Below, one piece after another: positions 8,794-21,282 of a stretch of DNA of 45,394 nucleotides (the stretch's first letter is position 1; each line of letters begins with the position of its first letter). The translations under genes and the position numbers were made by a program. The DNA comes from an uncultured Oscillospiraceae bacterium (GTDB lineage: Bacteria; Bacillota; Clostridia; Acetivibrionales; DTU013), in NCBI GenBank assembly GCA_964596445.1, contig CAZQUQ010000002.1, positions 5,848-51,241 of the forward strand, given 5' to 3'. The notes beneath the pieces are model-generated. The model saw only the letters and a list, made by a program, of their open reading frames with translations. It made no database searches and was not told the DNA's origin.

Positions 8794-9072
8794 TTATTCC
8801 TCTTCCGGATCCTGGTTGTCGTCAATGATCTCAGTATCCTTTGCGTTAAGCCTGTGTGCCACCGTCTCCGGCTGCACTGCAGACAGGATCACATGGTCGC
8901 TGTCGGTTATTATCACAGCCCTGGTCCTTCTGCCATATGTTGCATCGATCAGCATACCTCTGTCTCTTGCTTCCTGGATTATCCGCTTGATCGGCGCCGA
9001 CTCAGGACTGACGATAGCCACGAGTCTGTTTGCCGAAACTATGTTGCCAAAGCCGATATTGATCAGTTTCAT
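8794..9072 (-). CDS. remA: RemA/DUF370 family regulatory protein
   Basis: 92 aa; [54 protein letters not shown] matches the conserved RemA (YlzA) core. It sits between the yicC-like gene and rpoZ, as in Bacillus. Confidence 0.85.
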   Translation of the reverse strand: MKLINIGFGNIVSANRLVAIVSPESAPIKRIIQEARDRGMLIDATYGRRTRAVIITDSDHVILSAVQPETVAHRLNAKDTEIIDDNQDPEEE

Positions 9073-9101
9073 AAGTTACCCTCCTATACGGATATATCAC
9101 A

Positions 9102-9980
9102 TTATTCAATATTCTGGATCTGTTCTCTTATTTTTTCGATCTCGCTTTTTACATCCACAACAAGCTTTGTAATCACCAGATCATTTGCTTTCGAGCCGAT
9201 CGTATTTATCTCCCTGTTCATCTCCTGAACCAGGAAATCAAGCTTGCGCCCTACAGGCTGATCCATCTGGAGTATCTGCCTCAGCTGGGTGAAATGGCTC
9301 GACAGCCTGACAAGCTCTTCATCTATGCTGCATCTGTCGGCAAAAAGCGCTACTTCCATTGCGAGCCTGTTTTCATCGACTGTCTGCTGGTCCAGCAGTT
9401 CCCTGATCCTGTCGGTCAGCTTTGCTTTATACTCCTTCGGCACTTCCGGCGCCCGTCTTGCAATATCCGCGATCGCGGCTTCAATGATGCCTGCACGCTC
9501 AAGCAAAACATTCCTTAGTCCTTCGCCTTCGGCCTCCCTCATTTTTATAAGGGATTCTACTGCGCTCTCAACCGCCGGCTTCAGCAGCGACCAGAGCTGT
9601 TCCTCATCCTCCTGCGCCTGCTCGACCTTGAGAACGTCCGGATACTTCGAGATAAGTGAAACTGCGATGTCGTCCGCAAGTCCGAATCTGTCCCTCAGCG
9701 CCTCTACAGCCGCAATATAGGCTTTGGCCAGCTGTTCGTCAAATGTCACGAATTTTGAGTTTTCGCCGTAATTGTTATATGTAATGAAAACGTCTATCTT
9801 TCCTCTGGAGATCGCATTCCCGACCAGCGCTCTCACTCTGTCCTCCAGGAAGCTTATCTGCCTTGGCATCTTGATAAAAATATCCGAATATCTGTGGTTT
9901 ACTGTTTTTATCTCGACAGTGAACTCCTTGCCATCCTGCGTGATCTCGCCCCGGCCGAAACCTGTCATGCTCTTTATCAT
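9102..9980 (-). CDS. yicC: YicC/YloC family stress-induced protein (endoribonuclease-like)
   Basis: N-terminus MIKSMTGFGRGE and C-terminal ...LDFLVQEMNREINTIGSKAND... are YicC hallmarks. The preferred start is the ATG at 9980 after GAGG; the ORF track extends to 10010. Confidence 0.9.
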   Translation of the reverse strand: MIKSMTGFGRGEITQDGKEFTVEIKTVNHRYSDIFIKMPRQISFLEDRVRALVGNAISRGKIDVFITYNNYGENSKFVTFDEQLAKAYIAAVEALRDRFGLADDIAVSLISKYPDVLKVEQAQEDEEQLWSLLKPAVESAVESLIKMREAEGEGLRNVLLERAGIIEAAIADIARRAPEVPKEYKAKLTDRIRELLDQQTVDENRLAMEVALFADRCSIDEELVRLSSHFTQLRQILQMDQPVGRKLDFLVQEMNREINTIGSKANDLVITKLVVDVKSEIEKIREQIQNIE

Positions 9981-10101
9981 ATATACCTCGTATTTTCCAG
10001 CCTTTTTCAATAGGTATTATAACACAATCACTGCCAATTAAAAGGCTGTTTCATTAATTTTTTTGAAATTTCATGTCTTTACTCCGTTTTACTTCTGTTT
10101 T

Positions 10102-10860
10102 CTAGCTGCCGCCCATATCGCCCAGCTCGTACATCACTATCGCCGCTGCCGCAAGGCCTGCCGTTTCCGTCCGCAATATCCTCGGTCCCATGGTGACTGA
10201 TATGAAACCTGCATTGACTGCCTTTTCTGCTTCGTCCCGTTCAAAGCCTCCCTCCGGCCCGATCAGTACGGCAATAGATCCCGCTGTCTTCCCACAGCTT
10301 CTGAGTACACTGCGAAGACTGCCCTCTTTCTCTTCTTCATACGGCAACAGCTTCAACTCGCATTCGCCGGCGATTTTCAGAGCCATATCGAATGTTACCG
10401 GCTCACCGACGACGGGGATCACTCCCCTGTCGCACTGCTTTGCTGCCTCCAACGCTATCCTGTTCCATCTCACGGCTTTCGCCGCCGCATCCCGGGTACT
10501 GCCGAACCTTACTACAGTTCTTGCGGTCATGACCGGAACTATTTTCGTCACGCCAAGTTCCACACTTTTCTGTATGATCAGATCCATCTTGTCTGCTTTG
10601 GGTATGCCCTGAAACAGTGTAATATGTATAGGCGGCTCCGTTTTACATGGCCTTTGGCTCTTTATCCCGGTTTCTATGCTTTCCTTGGATATATGCCGGA
10701 TCACAACATCATATTCAGTGCCCGATCCGTCGCTCAGTACAAGGGCATCGCCGGCAGACGCACGAAGCACACCGGCTATATGCTTCACATCTTCGCCGGT
10801 TATCATGATCCTGCCTTCCAGAAGATCAGCCGCATCAGTTTTTACAAAGAATCTCGACAT
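10102..10860 (-). CDS. rsmE: 16S rRNA (uracil1498-N3)-methyltransferase
   Basis: 252 aa with MSRFFV... at the N-terminus and ...LIGPEGGF...E......GF..V.LGPRILRTETA at the C-terminus (SPOUT knot). It follows prmA, as in B. subtilis. Confidence 0.9.
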   Translation of the reverse strand: MSRFFVKTDAADLLEGRIMITGEDVKHIAGVLRASAGDALVLSDGSGTEYDVVIRHISKESIETGIKSQRPCKTEPPIHITLFQGIPKADKMDLIIQKSVELGVTKIVPVMTARTVVRFGSTRDAAAKAVRWNRIALEAAKQCDRGVIPVVGEPVTFDMALKIAGECELKLLPYEEEKEGSLRSVLRSCGKTAGSIAVLIGPEGGFERDEAEKAVNAGFISVTMGPRILRTETAGLAAAAIVMYELGDMGGS

Positions 10861-11786
10861 TTAAAAACGATCGCCACCCATTCGCCCATTTCATCCGCGC
10901 TGATTAAATCAAAGCCCTTTTGAGTGCAGGCCCTGATCACTTCATCCTTCCTCTCCCTGATGATGCCGCTTGTCAGAAGGATGCCGCCCTTTTTGACATA
11001 ATCAGCCATGATATCGGAAAGATCGATTATTACATCCGCTATTATGTTGGCAACTACGATGTCGGCCTTTACAGGCTCAAGATCCGTCAAGACTCCCTTC
11101 ATTACACGGACATTGTCCTGTACACCGTTAATGGTACAGTTCTCAACGGTTACCCTGACGGCCACCTCATCGATGTCAACAGCAGTCACTTTACCGGCTC
11201 CCAGCTTCGATGCAATTATTGAAAGTATTCCGGTGCCGCAGCCTACATCGATGACTTCGTCCTGATTCTTTACGTATTTTTCAAGAAGACAGGCGCAAAG
11301 CCTCGTTGTTTCATGCGTACCGGTCCCGAATGCCATGCCGGGATCCATCTCGATAACGATCTCTCCGTCCTTTTGCTCATACTCCTCCCAGCTTGGCTTT
11401 ATCACAACTCTGTCCGAGATGTTGAAGGGCTTGTAATACTTCTTCCATTCCGTTGCCCAGTCCTCGTCGTCGACTTCTTCATAACCGGTATATCCATGTC
11501 CGGTATCAAGAAACCGGGATATGAATGCGATTTTTTCCCTGATAAGCGCAGCCAGTTCCGCAGGCTGGTGCTCCTGGTTAAAATATGCCTTGATCGTCAC
11601 ATCGGTCCCGAGGGAATCCATGAACTCCTGATCCGCATAATCAAGCGATCCGGGACTTTCGATCTGTCTTCGTATTTCGTTGGGGTCCTCGATAACGACC
11701 CCGCCCGCACCTATGGAGGTCAGCATTTCCGATACCGCTTCGCTTGCCTCTTCAGTCGTTTTTATACATACCTCTGTCCACTTCAT
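10842..11786 (-). CDS. prmA: Ribosomal protein L11 methyltransferase
   Basis: 314 aa; MKWTEVCIKT...DPGMAFGTGTHETTRLC...VIDVGCGTGILSI. It overlaps rsmE by 19 nt. Confidence 0.92.
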   Translation of the reverse strand: MKWTEVCIKTTEEASEAVSEMLTSIGAGGVVIEDPNEIRRQIESPGSLDYADQEFMDSLGTDVTIKAYFNQEHQPAELAALIREKIAFISRFLDTGHGYTGYEEVDDEDWATEWKKYYKPFNISDRVVIKPSWEEYEQKDGEIVIEMDPGMAFGTGTHETTRLCACLLEKYVKNQDEVIDVGCGTGILSIIASKLGAGKVTAVDIDEVAVRVTVENCTINGVQDNVRVMKGVLTDLEPVKADIVVANIIADVIIDLSDIMADYVKKGGILLTSGIIRERKDEVIRACTQKGFDLISADEMGEWVAIVFKCRDSL

Positions 11787-11813
11787 CTGCCTGCCTCCAA
11801 CTCCGGTACTGTC

Positions 11814-12956
11814 CTACATGCCCAGCGCATCCTTCATCTTGTCGAAAAAGCCCTTGCGCTGCTCATAAACATCGTCTCCGCTTATATCGGCAAACTGCCT
11901 CAGCAGCTCCTTCTGCTTGTCGTTAAGCTTCTTCGGTACATCTATCTCCACCTTGACATACTGATCTCCTCTGCCGCTGCCCCTCAGATAAGGTATGCCC
12001 TTGTTCTTCAGCCTGAATATCGTACCTGTCTGAGTTCCCTCAGGCATCGTATACTTCACCTTTCCATCGAGAGTCGGCACCTCCAGTTCAGCGCCTAATG
12101 CAGCCTGTACGAAGGTTATCGGAATCTCACATATCACGTCATTGCCCTGCCTCTTGAAAATGGGGTGAGGTCTGACGGCAACAGTAACGAAGAGGTCTCC
12201 CGCAGGGCCTCCCCTTGAACCGGGATCTCCTTCGCCCCTGATGGAGATGGTCTGACCGTCATCTATGCCTGCAGGGATATCCAGCTTCTTCCTGATCGTT
12301 TTCCTGACCTTGCCCCTGCCGCTGCACGCAGGACACGGATCCGTTATTATTTTACCCTCGCCGCGGCAAATATCACATGTCTTTACATTGATAAACTGTC
12401 CAAAGGGGGTGCTTTGCTTGAATTGCACCTGTCCGGTGCCGCTGCAGTGCTTACAGGTCGTCGGACTTGTGCCGGGTTTGGCTCCCGAACCGCCGCAGGT
12501 GCCGCAGTTTTCATGCCTGTTTATCGTTATTTCCTTCTCTACGCCAAATGCAGCTTCTTCAAAGGAAATCTCCACGGAATACTTCAGATCGGCACCCTTC
12601 TGAGGGCCGGAACGGCTTCTTGAAGAACGCCCGAACCCGCCTCCTCCGAAAAATGACTCGAATATGTCTCCTATGCCGCCGAAATCGAAATCCCCAAAAC
12701 CGGCGCCCGCGCCTCCAAAGCTGTTGGGATCGACTCCCGCATGTCCGAACTGATCATATCTCGATCGCTTCTGAGGATCGCTCAGAACCTCATAGGCTTC
12801 ATTTATCTCCTTGAATTTTGCCTCGGCAGCTTTATCACCAGGGTTGACATCGGGATGATACTGCTTGGCAAGCTTTCTGTAAGCCTTTTTTATCTCGGCG
12901 TCCGAAGCTCCCCTGCCAACCTCAAGCACCTCGTAATAATCCTTTTTTGTCGGCAA
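11814..12956 (-). CDS. dnaJ: Molecular chaperone DnaJ
   Basis: It has a J domain (KDYYEVLEV...YHPD), a G/F-rich region and four CxxCxGxG zinc motifs. The likely start is the TTG at 12956 ([10 protein letters not shown]), downstream of AGGAG. The ORF-track ATG at 12995 would add 13 atypical residues. Confidence 0.93.
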   Translation of the reverse strand: MPTKKDYYEVLEVGRGASDAEIKKAYRKLAKQYHPDVNPGDKAAEAKFKEINEAYEVLSDPQKRSRYDQFGHAGVDPNSFGGAGAGFGDFDFGGIGDIFESFFGGGGFGRSSRSRSGPQKGADLKYSVEISFEEAAFGVEKEITINRHENCGTCGGSGAKPGTSPTTCKHCSGTGQVQFKQSTPFGQFINVKTCDICRGEGKIITDPCPACSGRGKVRKTIRKKLDIPAGIDDGQTISIRGEGDPGSRGGPAGDLFVTVAVRPHPIFKRQGNDVICEIPITFVQAALGAELEVPTLDGKVKYTMPEGTQTGTIFRLKNKGIPYLRGSGRGDQYVKVEIDVPKKLNDKQKELLRQFADISGDDVYEQRKGFFDKMKDALGM

Positions 12957-12997
12957 TATCCAACAACTCCTATCACAGCATACTAAAACAATCATCC

Positions 12998-13027
12998 AAA
13001 AGGGGACATTTCAAGCTGTCCCCTTTT
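12998..13027 (-). terminator. Stem-loop with flanking A/T runs between dnaK and dnaJ (partial terminator or attenuator)
   Basis: aaaaggggaca (12998-13008) pairs with tgtcccctttt (13017-13027) across an 8-nt loop. Confidence 0.5.
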
Positions 13028-13093
13028 TCAGCGAAGCAGGATGTCAAATCCCGCTCACATATTATAACTTTTTTTCGATATATAGTGCAATCG

Positions 13094-15022
<1,929 letters not shown>

Positions 15023-15045
15023 TTATCGGTCTGGGCTGTCTATCG

Positions 15046-15699
15046 CTAGTTGGCCACCTTCACCATGCTGTAGCGTATCACCTTGTCTTTGTATATGTAG
15101 CCCTTCTGGAATTCTTCGATGATCACGCTGTGGCCCAAAGTCTCATCCTCTACATGCATGACCGCATTATGGACCGTTGGGTCGAAGGTTTCGTTCAATG
15201 CCTTGATTTCTTCGACTCCGATGCCTTTCAACACATCGCCGAACTGCTTGAACACCATCTCGACGCCTTCCTTCAGCGACTTTGCCGAACTGTCTTCGGA
15301 GATCGCTTTCATCGCCCTTTCCACATTGTCGATGACCGGAAGAAACGCACTGACGACATCACATACGGCATCGATATATAAAGCTTCTTTTTCTTTGATG
15401 GATCGCTTTTTGAAATTATCGAATTCGGCTGCTGTTCTTTGCAGCTTATCCATAATCTCGCTGCACTTGTCCGACTTTTCCGCCAGTTCTTTTCTGGCTG
15501 CATCCAACTCTTCCTGAAGTGCTTTCAGTTCTGAATCGCCTTTGCCCGGGCTGCTCTGCCCGTTTTGTCCTTCGCTGCAGCATTTTTCCTGATGGTCTGT
15601 TGATGTTGCTCCGTTGTCACTTACAAAATCTGTATCGACTTCGTTGAGATTTTCAGCATCGCATGCTTCTGCATGCTTTTGCCGATTCTTTTCGCTCAT
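15046..15699 (-). CDS. grpE: Nucleotide exchange factor GrpE
   Basis: 217 aa with an acidic N-terminus, a coiled coil and a C-terminal GrpE fold (...FDPTVHNAVMHVEDE...). It lies between hrcA and dnaK. Confidence 0.93.
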   Translation of the reverse strand: MSEKNRQKHAEACDAENLNEVDTDFVSDNGATSTDHQEKCCSEGQNGQSSPGKGDSELKALQEELDAARKELAEKSDKCSEIMDKLQRTAAEFDNFKKRSIKEKEALYIDAVCDVVSAFLPVIDNVERAMKAISEDSSAKSLKEGVEMVFKQFGDVLKGIGVEEIKALNETFDPTVHNAVMHVEDETLGHSVIIEEFQKGYIYKDKVIRYSMVKVAN

Positions 15700-15777
15700 T
15701 TTCTCCTATCATCCTTTGATCAGTATTTCCCGTATCGGGATACACAGGCTGTCGTACAGGGCCGTTCGCCGGCCTTT

Positions 15778-16830
15778 TTATCCGTCTCCCGGATCCTGCC
15801 CCAGCAGCCTGTTTATTTCATCACTTACCAGCATCTGCACATACCTCATTGACGATATGACCTTCGGATACTCCATCCTTGTGGGACCAATGATGCCTAT
15901 CGAGCCGATCAGTGTATCAGCCACATTATAATTGACAGTCACCACACTGCAGTCCTTTATCCCGGAAAGGTCGTTTTCCGACCCTATCTTCACGGTTATG
16001 CCTTCAGGACTGATGGCGTTGAACAGCGCCTTGCACAATGAGGTCTTCTCATCGAGCATGCTCATGAATTCCCTGGCCTTTACAACATCTTTGAATTCAG
16101 GGTGATTCAGTATGTTCGTGGTACCCTCCACATATATTTCCTGTTCATCCATCTGATCTATACATACGGCAGCGCCGTCCAGAATAGGCCTGAGTATTTC
16201 GAAGGGCACACCTGTCTCCCTCTCCATATCCATGATCCGTTTCATATCCACCTGCTCTATCGTCAGGCCTGCCAGCTTGTCATTTAGCATGTTCGACACG
16301 CGTATGAGTGCATCCGGCATCACGTATTCGGACAGTTTGATCAGATTGTTCCTGACGATGCCGGCATTGTTGACTACGATCACCAATGCCTTTCCTGCCT
16401 CTATCGGCACCACCTGGATCGCCTTTATGGTACTGCTCTTCAGATGAGGCGTCACCGCCATCGATGTATATTTCGTAAAGCGCGACAACACGGCTGACGC
16501 TTGTCTGATCAGCTGGCTGAGTTCATTGATGCGCGTTTCCATTGCAGATCTAAGTTTTTCTATTTCATCCCTGTTCAGGCTGTGTGCAGGCATCAGCTTG
16601 TCGACATACAAGCGGTAGCCCTTGTCCGAAGGGATACGGCCTGCCGAAGTATGAGGCTGTGCCAGATAGCCCATTTCCTCAAGGTCCGCCATCTCATTCC
16701 TGATAGTAGCCGAACTCAGTCCAAGTTCATGCTTTCTTGCAATAGTTCTTGAGCCGATAGGTTCGGCGCTATCAATGTAATCATCGATGATGGCCTGCAG
16801 GATCCTCTTTTTTCTGTCATCCATTATCAT
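15778..16830 (-). CDS. hrcA: Heat-inducible transcription repressor HrcA
   Basis: ...DDRKKRILQAIIDDYIDSAEPIGSRTIA...GLSSATIRNEMADLEEMGYL is diagnostic. The start is at 16830 or 16824; the ORF track extends to 16857. Confidence 0.95.
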   Translation of the reverse strand: MIMDDRKKRILQAIIDDYIDSAEPIGSRTIARKHELGLSSATIRNEMADLEEMGYLAQPHTSAGRIPSDKGYRLYVDKLMPAHSLNRDEIEKLRSAMETRINELSQLIRQASAVLSRFTKYTSMAVTPHLKSSTIKAIQVVPIEAGKALVIVVNNAGIVRNNLIKLSEYVMPDALIRVSNMLNDKLAGLTIEQVDMKRIMDMERETGVPFEILRPILDGAAVCIDQMDEQEIYVEGTTNILNHPEFKDVVKAREFMSMLDEKTSLCKALFNAISPEGITVKIGSENDLSGIKDCSVVTVNYNVADTLIGSIGIIGPTRMEYPKVISSMRYVQMLVSDEINRLLGQDPGDG

Positions 16831-16936
16831 CTCATACACCCCTGTAACATTACACATCCGCCAAGCCGCCCACTCTCCCTATTGATAATAACCAACATGT
16901 ACAACATATTATACGGACCGCTTGTCATTTTGTTTG

Positions 16937-16963
16937 TTAGCACTCCAAGTCAACGAGTGCTAA
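16937..16963 (-). promoter_or_regulatory. CIRCE operator (HrcA binding site)
   Basis: TTAGCACTC-caagtcaac-GAGTGCTAA is a perfect match to the consensus TTAGCACTC-N9-GAGTGCTAA. It lies between the putative promoter and hrcA. Confidence 0.95.
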
Positions 16964-16972
16964 TCTACAATA

Positions 16973-17001
16973 AAAATACCACCATGGAATTTTTTTGTCA
17001 A
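16973..17001 (-). promoter_or_regulatory. Putative sigma-A promoter of the hrcA-grpE-dnaK-dnaJ operon
   Basis: Minus strand reads TTGACA (17001-16996), a 17-nt spacer, then TATTTT (16978-16973), immediately upstream of CIRCE. Confidence 0.55.
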
Positions 17002-17013
17002 GAACAATTTCAT

Positions 17014-18390
17014 TCAAATAAACTCGACAAAAACCTTGTTTGCTAGATCAGAGCCAAGGCTTGTGAGGGTGTATCTCATGCCGTTTTTTTCAGGATCGGC
17101 GGTGTCTTCCCAGACCAGACCTTTTTTTACCAGCATGTCCAGCTTGCTGCCATATACGGCGTCCAGCTTCTGTCCGAACCGCCTCTCGAACTCGGCCGAT
17201 GTGATCCCCTCATTCAGCCTCAGACCCAGGATCATGTATTCGGACATGGCTTCATCATGTCCGATAATATCAATGTTTTCATGAAGGCCGTTATATACAT
17301 CCTTACCTATATTTGCAGCTGTTTTTGTGTCGGATTCACAATAGTCATCCTGCGCACTGCATGATCCAGGCATACTGCATGATCCAGGCGCATTACATGA
17401 TCCAGGCACACTGCATGATCCAGGCGCATTACATGATTCAGGCGCATTACACAATTCAGGCATACTGCATGTTCCGGGCGCACTGTACATACCGTTGCGG
17501 CAAATATCATCAACTGCTTTTATATAGTCCTCGATGCCTGCAGTATTATTGAACCGCACCGAATCAAGGTAAGAGTGGGAACCTGCTCCGAAACCCGCAT
17601 ACTCCGCTGCTTTCCAGTATATGAGATTATGTCTGCACTCATATCCGGGCACGGCGAAGTTGGATATTTCATACTGTCTGAAACCCCTTTGCGCCAATGC
17701 ATCTACGGCATGGTGATACATCCTTCTGTCCAATTCGTCATCGGCAGGCTGCTGCGTACCGGCCTCGAACCTGTCTCCAAAGACCGTTCCTTCCTCTATT
17801 TTGAGGCTGTAACAGGATATGTGCCTGACCGATCCTGTTTTTGTGACTTCTTCGATCGTTTCCGCCCAATCCTCAATACTCTGTTCGGGAAGGCCGAAGA
17901 TAAGGTCGGTGTTGATATTATCAAAGCCGGCCCTCACCGCAGCTTCCAGGTTGTCAGTAAATTGCCGCCTGTCATGTATCCTGCCCAGCATTTTCAGCAA
18001 ACGATCCTGCCATGCCTGCAGTCCGATGCTGAGGCGGTTGATCCCGGCCATCCTGTAAGATCTGAGGCTTTCATATGTGAGTGTTCCAGGATTGCTTTCA
18101 ATGCTTATTTCAGCATCTGCATCGATCCTAAGATACTTTGAGCAAACTTCGAGCAGACCTCTGATATACTCCGGTCCGACCAGCGACGGAGTGCCTCCGC
18201 CTATGAAAACGGTGCTTACAGGCCTGTCCCCGATGGATGCGCTCCTGATTTCTATTTCCTTATAAAGCGCATCAAAATAAGAACCGGCAAGAGGTTCCCT
18301 GCCGGAGTATGAATTGAAGTCGCAATAATAGCATTTTGATCTGCAAAAGGGTATATGGATATATACACCGATATTTTTATCTTTGCTCAT
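17014..18390 (-). CDS. hemW: Radical SAM family protein HemW (HemN-like, heme chaperone type) carrying an internal Cys-rich hexapeptide repeat
   Basis: It has the CxxxCxxC motif (IPFCRSKCYYCDF) and a HemN_C-like C-terminus, and it lies between lepA and hrcA as in Bacillus. The preferred start is the ATG at 18390 after GGAG; the ORF track extends to 18411. Confidence 0.88.
   Translation of the reverse strand: MSKDKNIGVYIHIPFCRSKCYYCDFNSYSGREPLAGSYFDALYKEIEIRSASIGDRPVSTVFIGGGTPSLVGPEYIRGLLEVCSKYLRIDADAEISIESNPGTLTYESLRSYRMAGINRLSIGLQAWQDRLLKMLGRIHDRRQFTDNLEAAVRAGFDNINTDLIFGLPEQSIEDWAETIEEVTKTGSVRHISCYSLKIEEGTVFGDRFEAGTQQPADDELDRRMYHHAVDALAQRGFRQYEISNFAVPGYECRHNLIYWKAAEYAGFGAGSHSYLDSVRFNNTAGIEDYIKAVDDICRNGMYSAPGTCSMPELCNAPESCNAPGSCSVPGSCNAPGSCSMPGSCSAQDDYCESDTKTAANIGKDVYNGLHENIDIIGHDEAMSEYMILGLRLNEGITSAEFERRFGQKLDAVYGSKLDMLVKKGLVWEDTADPEKNGMRYTLTSLGSDLANKVFVEFI
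17352..17477. repeat. 18-bp tandem repeat, 7 full copies plus a partial copy, in frame within hemW
   Basis: The units gcgcactgcatgatccag, gcatactgcatgatccag, gcgcattacatgatccag, gcacactgcatgatccag, gcgcattacatgattcag, gcgcattacacaattcag and gcatactgcatgttccgg are contiguous from 17352 to 17477. They encode (A/M/V)P(G/E)(S/T/L)C(S/N) repeats. Confidence 0.95.
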
Positions 18391-18416
18391 ATTTTTATCT
18401 CCGCACGCCACGCGGC

Positions 18417-20225
18417 CTAGTCCAGCTTAAGCACACTCATGAATGCCTCCTGAGGCACCTCCACCGATCCGACCTGACGCATCCTCTTCTTGCCTTCCTT
18501 CTGTTTTTCCAGCAGCTTCTTCTTTCTCGTTATGTCGCCGCCATAGCATTTTGCCAGAACATCCTTCCTGTATGCCTTGACAGTTTCCCTGGCAATGATC
18601 TTTCCTCCGATGCATGCCTGGATCGGTATCTCGAACTGCTGCCTCGGGATCGACTCCTTTAGCTTCTCCGCTATCCTGCGCCCCCTGGCATATGCCTTTT
18701 CCGAGTGGACAATGAACGACAATGCATCGACGATCTCGCCGTTGAGCAGTATATCCAGCTTGACCAGGTCGGATTCCTTATATCCGATGAGCTCATAGTC
18801 AAATGATGCATAGCCTTTTGTCCTCGATTTCAGGGCATCGAAGAAATCGTATATGATCTCATTGAGGGGCAGCTCATACGTCAGGATGACCCTGTTCTCA
18901 TCAAGATATGTCATATCCTTGTACACGCCTCTTCTCTCCTGAGAGAGTTCCATGATGCTGCCCACATATTCCTCCGGAGTCATTATGGTCGCTTTTACAA
19001 CAGGCTCCTCCATTTTATCAATAGATGTTACCGGCGGCATGTTTGTCGGATTGTCGATATTCATGACCTGGCCGTCCGTCAGCGTGATCTTGTAAATAAC
19101 GCTGGGTGCGGTCGTGACAAGATCCAGATCGTACTCCCTCTCAAGTCGTTCCTGTATTACCTCCATATGCAGCAGTCCCAGGAATCCGCATCTGAAGCCG
19201 AAACCCAAAGCAACCGAGGTCTCCGGCTCGAAGGTCAGCGCCGCATCATTCAGCTGGAGCTTCTCCAGGGCATCTCTCAGGTCATTGTACTTTGCTCCGT
19301 CAGCCGGATATATTCCGCAGAACACCATGGACTGCACCTTCTTGTATCCGGGAAGCGGTTCTGCGGCAGGCCTGTCCGCCAATGTAACAGTATCTCCGAT
19401 CCGTGTGTCTCTCACGTTTTTTATGCTGGCCGCTATATAGCCCACATCTCCTGCCAACAGGCCATCACAGGGAGCATATTGCCCCGGCCTGAAATATCCG
19501 ACCTCCGTTACCGTAAACTCCTTTTTGGTATACATCATTCGGATCGTATCGCCCGGCCTGACTGTCCCTTCCTTGACCCGGACATGTATGATGACTCCCT
19601 TGTAGCTGTCGTAGAAGGAATCGAATACCAATGCCCTCAGCGGCTCATCTTCTCCGCCCTTCGGCGCCGGTATATGCCTGACGATCTGTTCGAGCACCGC
19701 TTCTATATTAATTCCGTTCTTTGCAGAAATTTCAGGCGCTTCACTGCAGTCAAGCCCGATGATATCCTCGATCTCTTTCTTGACATGTTCCGCCTGTGCG
19801 CTGGGCAGGTCTATTTTGTTGATAACAGGCAGGATCTCCAGATCATGCTCGAGAGCCAGATAAACATTGGCCAATGTCTGAGCTTCGATGCCCTGCGACG
19901 CGTCAACGACCAGCACTGCGCCTTCACATGCGGCAAGGCTCCTTGATACCTCGTAATTGAAGTCGACATGACCGGGAGTGTCGATAAGATTCAGTATATA
20001 TTCCTGCCCGTCGGATGCCTTGTAGACCATCCTTACAGCCTGCGCCTTTATCGTGATGCAGCGCTCGCTCACGATATCCAGAATGTCGAGCACATGCTCC
20101 TGCATCTCCCTTTCCGTGAGGACTCCCGTCATCTGTATCAGCCGGTCTGCCAGCGTTGACTTGCCGTGATCTATATGTGCGATTATGCAAAAATTTCTGA
20201 TATTGTTCTGTCTGTTGCCAGGCAT
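18417..20225 (-). CDS. lepA: Translation elongation factor 4 (LepA)
   Basis: 602 aa; [21 protein letters not shown]..., DTPGHVDF, and a LepA C-terminal domain. Confidence 0.97.
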   Translation of the reverse strand: MPGNRQNNIRNFCIIAHIDHGKSTLADRLIQMTGVLTEREMQEHVLDILDIVSERCITIKAQAVRMVYKASDGQEYILNLIDTPGHVDFNYEVSRSLAACEGAVLVVDASQGIEAQTLANVYLALEHDLEILPVINKIDLPSAQAEHVKKEIEDIIGLDCSEAPEISAKNGINIEAVLEQIVRHIPAPKGGEDEPLRALVFDSFYDSYKGVIIHVRVKEGTVRPGDTIRMMYTKKEFTVTEVGYFRPGQYAPCDGLLAGDVGYIAASIKNVRDTRIGDTVTLADRPAAEPLPGYKKVQSMVFCGIYPADGAKYNDLRDALEKLQLNDAALTFEPETSVALGFGFRCGFLGLLHMEVIQERLEREYDLDLVTTAPSVIYKITLTDGQVMNIDNPTNMPPVTSIDKMEEPVVKATIMTPEEYVGSIMELSQERRGVYKDMTYLDENRVILTYELPLNEIIYDFFDALKSRTKGYASFDYELIGYKESDLVKLDILLNGEIVDALSFIVHSEKAYARGRRIAEKLKESIPRQQFEIPIQACIGGKIIARETVKAYRKDVLAKCYGGDITRKKKLLEKQKEGKKRMRQVGSVEVPQEAFMSVLKLD

Positions 20226-20275
20226 TCTTTTTTCCCCTTCGTCTGATATGAATAAGCTGATATCTACTGTTTCAG

Positions 20276-20304
20276 AGTATATAATAGCATCTCAATAAAT
20301 GCAA
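20276..20304 (-). promoter_or_regulatory. Putative sigma-A promoter upstream of lepA
   Basis: Minus strand reads TTGCAT (20304-20299), a 17-nt spacer, then TATACT (20281-20276). Confidence 0.4.
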
Positions 20305-20323
20305 AACAATTATAACATATGCG

Positions 20324-21187
20324 TCAAGCCAGCCCGAACTTCTTCTCGGCCGATTCCACCGTCTGGGTGATCAAACGGTTGATAGTCATCGGACCTACTC
20401 CACCCGGTACAGGCGTATAAGCGGAACACTTTGCTACCGCATTCTCCAGATCGATATCTCCTATATTGCCGGGGTTATAGCCTGCATCAACAAGCACACA
20501 GCCTTCCTTGACCCAATCTGCCTTTACGAACTTCGGCTTGCCGACGGCTGCGATCACGATATCCGCTCTTCTTACTATGCTCGGAAGGTCCTTTGTCCTT
20601 GAATGGCAGATCGTGACCGTTGCGTTCTCATTGAGCAGCAGCATTGCCACAGGTTTTCCAAGGATGGGGCTCCTGCCTATTACCACGGCCTCCTTGCCTT
20701 CCATTTCGATATTGTAATGCTTCAATAACGTGATGATGCCGTACGGAGTTGCACATTTGAAGGAATCCATCTGCATTGTCATCCGTCCAAAGGTATTGGT
20801 GTTTACTCCATCCACATCCTTGGATATGTCGATGCTGTTGAAGCATGCCGATTCATCGATATGCGCAGGCACTGGATGCTGGAGCAGGATGCCGTGCACA
20901 TTCCCGTCCCTGTTCAGTTCCTCGATCTTGTCGATCAGCTGCTGAGTGGTCGTCTCTTCCGGCAGTTCCACCTTGAGCGATTCCATTCCGACTCTTTTGC
21001 ATGCATTGCCCTTCATTCTGACATATGTGACAGATGCAGGATCGCTGCCGACCAGTATGGTAGCCAGGACCGGCGTAGTTCCTGTCTTATCCTTTATCCT
21101 CTGTACCCTCACCGCGAGCTCCTGCTCTATACTTTTGGCCAGTGTTTTTCCATCCAGTACGAGTGGTGTGTTCATAAGCTCTATCAA
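20324..21187 (-). CDS. folD: Bifunctional methylenetetrahydrofolate dehydrogenase (NADP+) / methenyltetrahydrofolate cyclohydrolase
   Basis: 287 aa; [10 protein letters not shown]...[16 protein letters not shown]...[17 protein letters not shown]...[11 protein letters not shown]. Confidence 0.95.
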   Translation of the reverse strand: MIELMNTPLVLDGKTLAKSIEQELAVRVQRIKDKTGTTPVLATILVGSDPASVTYVRMKGNACKRVGMESLKVELPEETTTQQLIDKIEELNRDGNVHGILLQHPVPAHIDESACFNSIDISKDVDGVNTNTFGRMTMQMDSFKCATPYGIITLLKHYNIEMEGKEAVVIGRSPILGKPVAMLLLNENATVTICHSRTKDLPSIVRRADIVIAAVGKPKFVKADWVKEGCVLVDAGYNPGNIGDIDLENAVAKCSAYTPVPGGVGPMTINRLITQTVESAEKKFGLA

Positions 21188-21282
21188 CCTTTCTTTACGG
21201 CTTGTCTGTTAAAAATACATTAAATGTTAACAATTTATATAATATATTAAAATGAAAATATTTCAATGGGTGTTATATAGAT

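Noticed and set aside
15700-15777. Stem-loops in the hrcA-grpE spacer (GGCCG-gcgaa-CGGCC and GTATCCCG-ata-CGGGAAATAC).
   Set aside because: They are probably ordinary intra-operon mRNA processing or stability structures, as known for dnaK operons. They are short, with no U-tract and nothing unusual.
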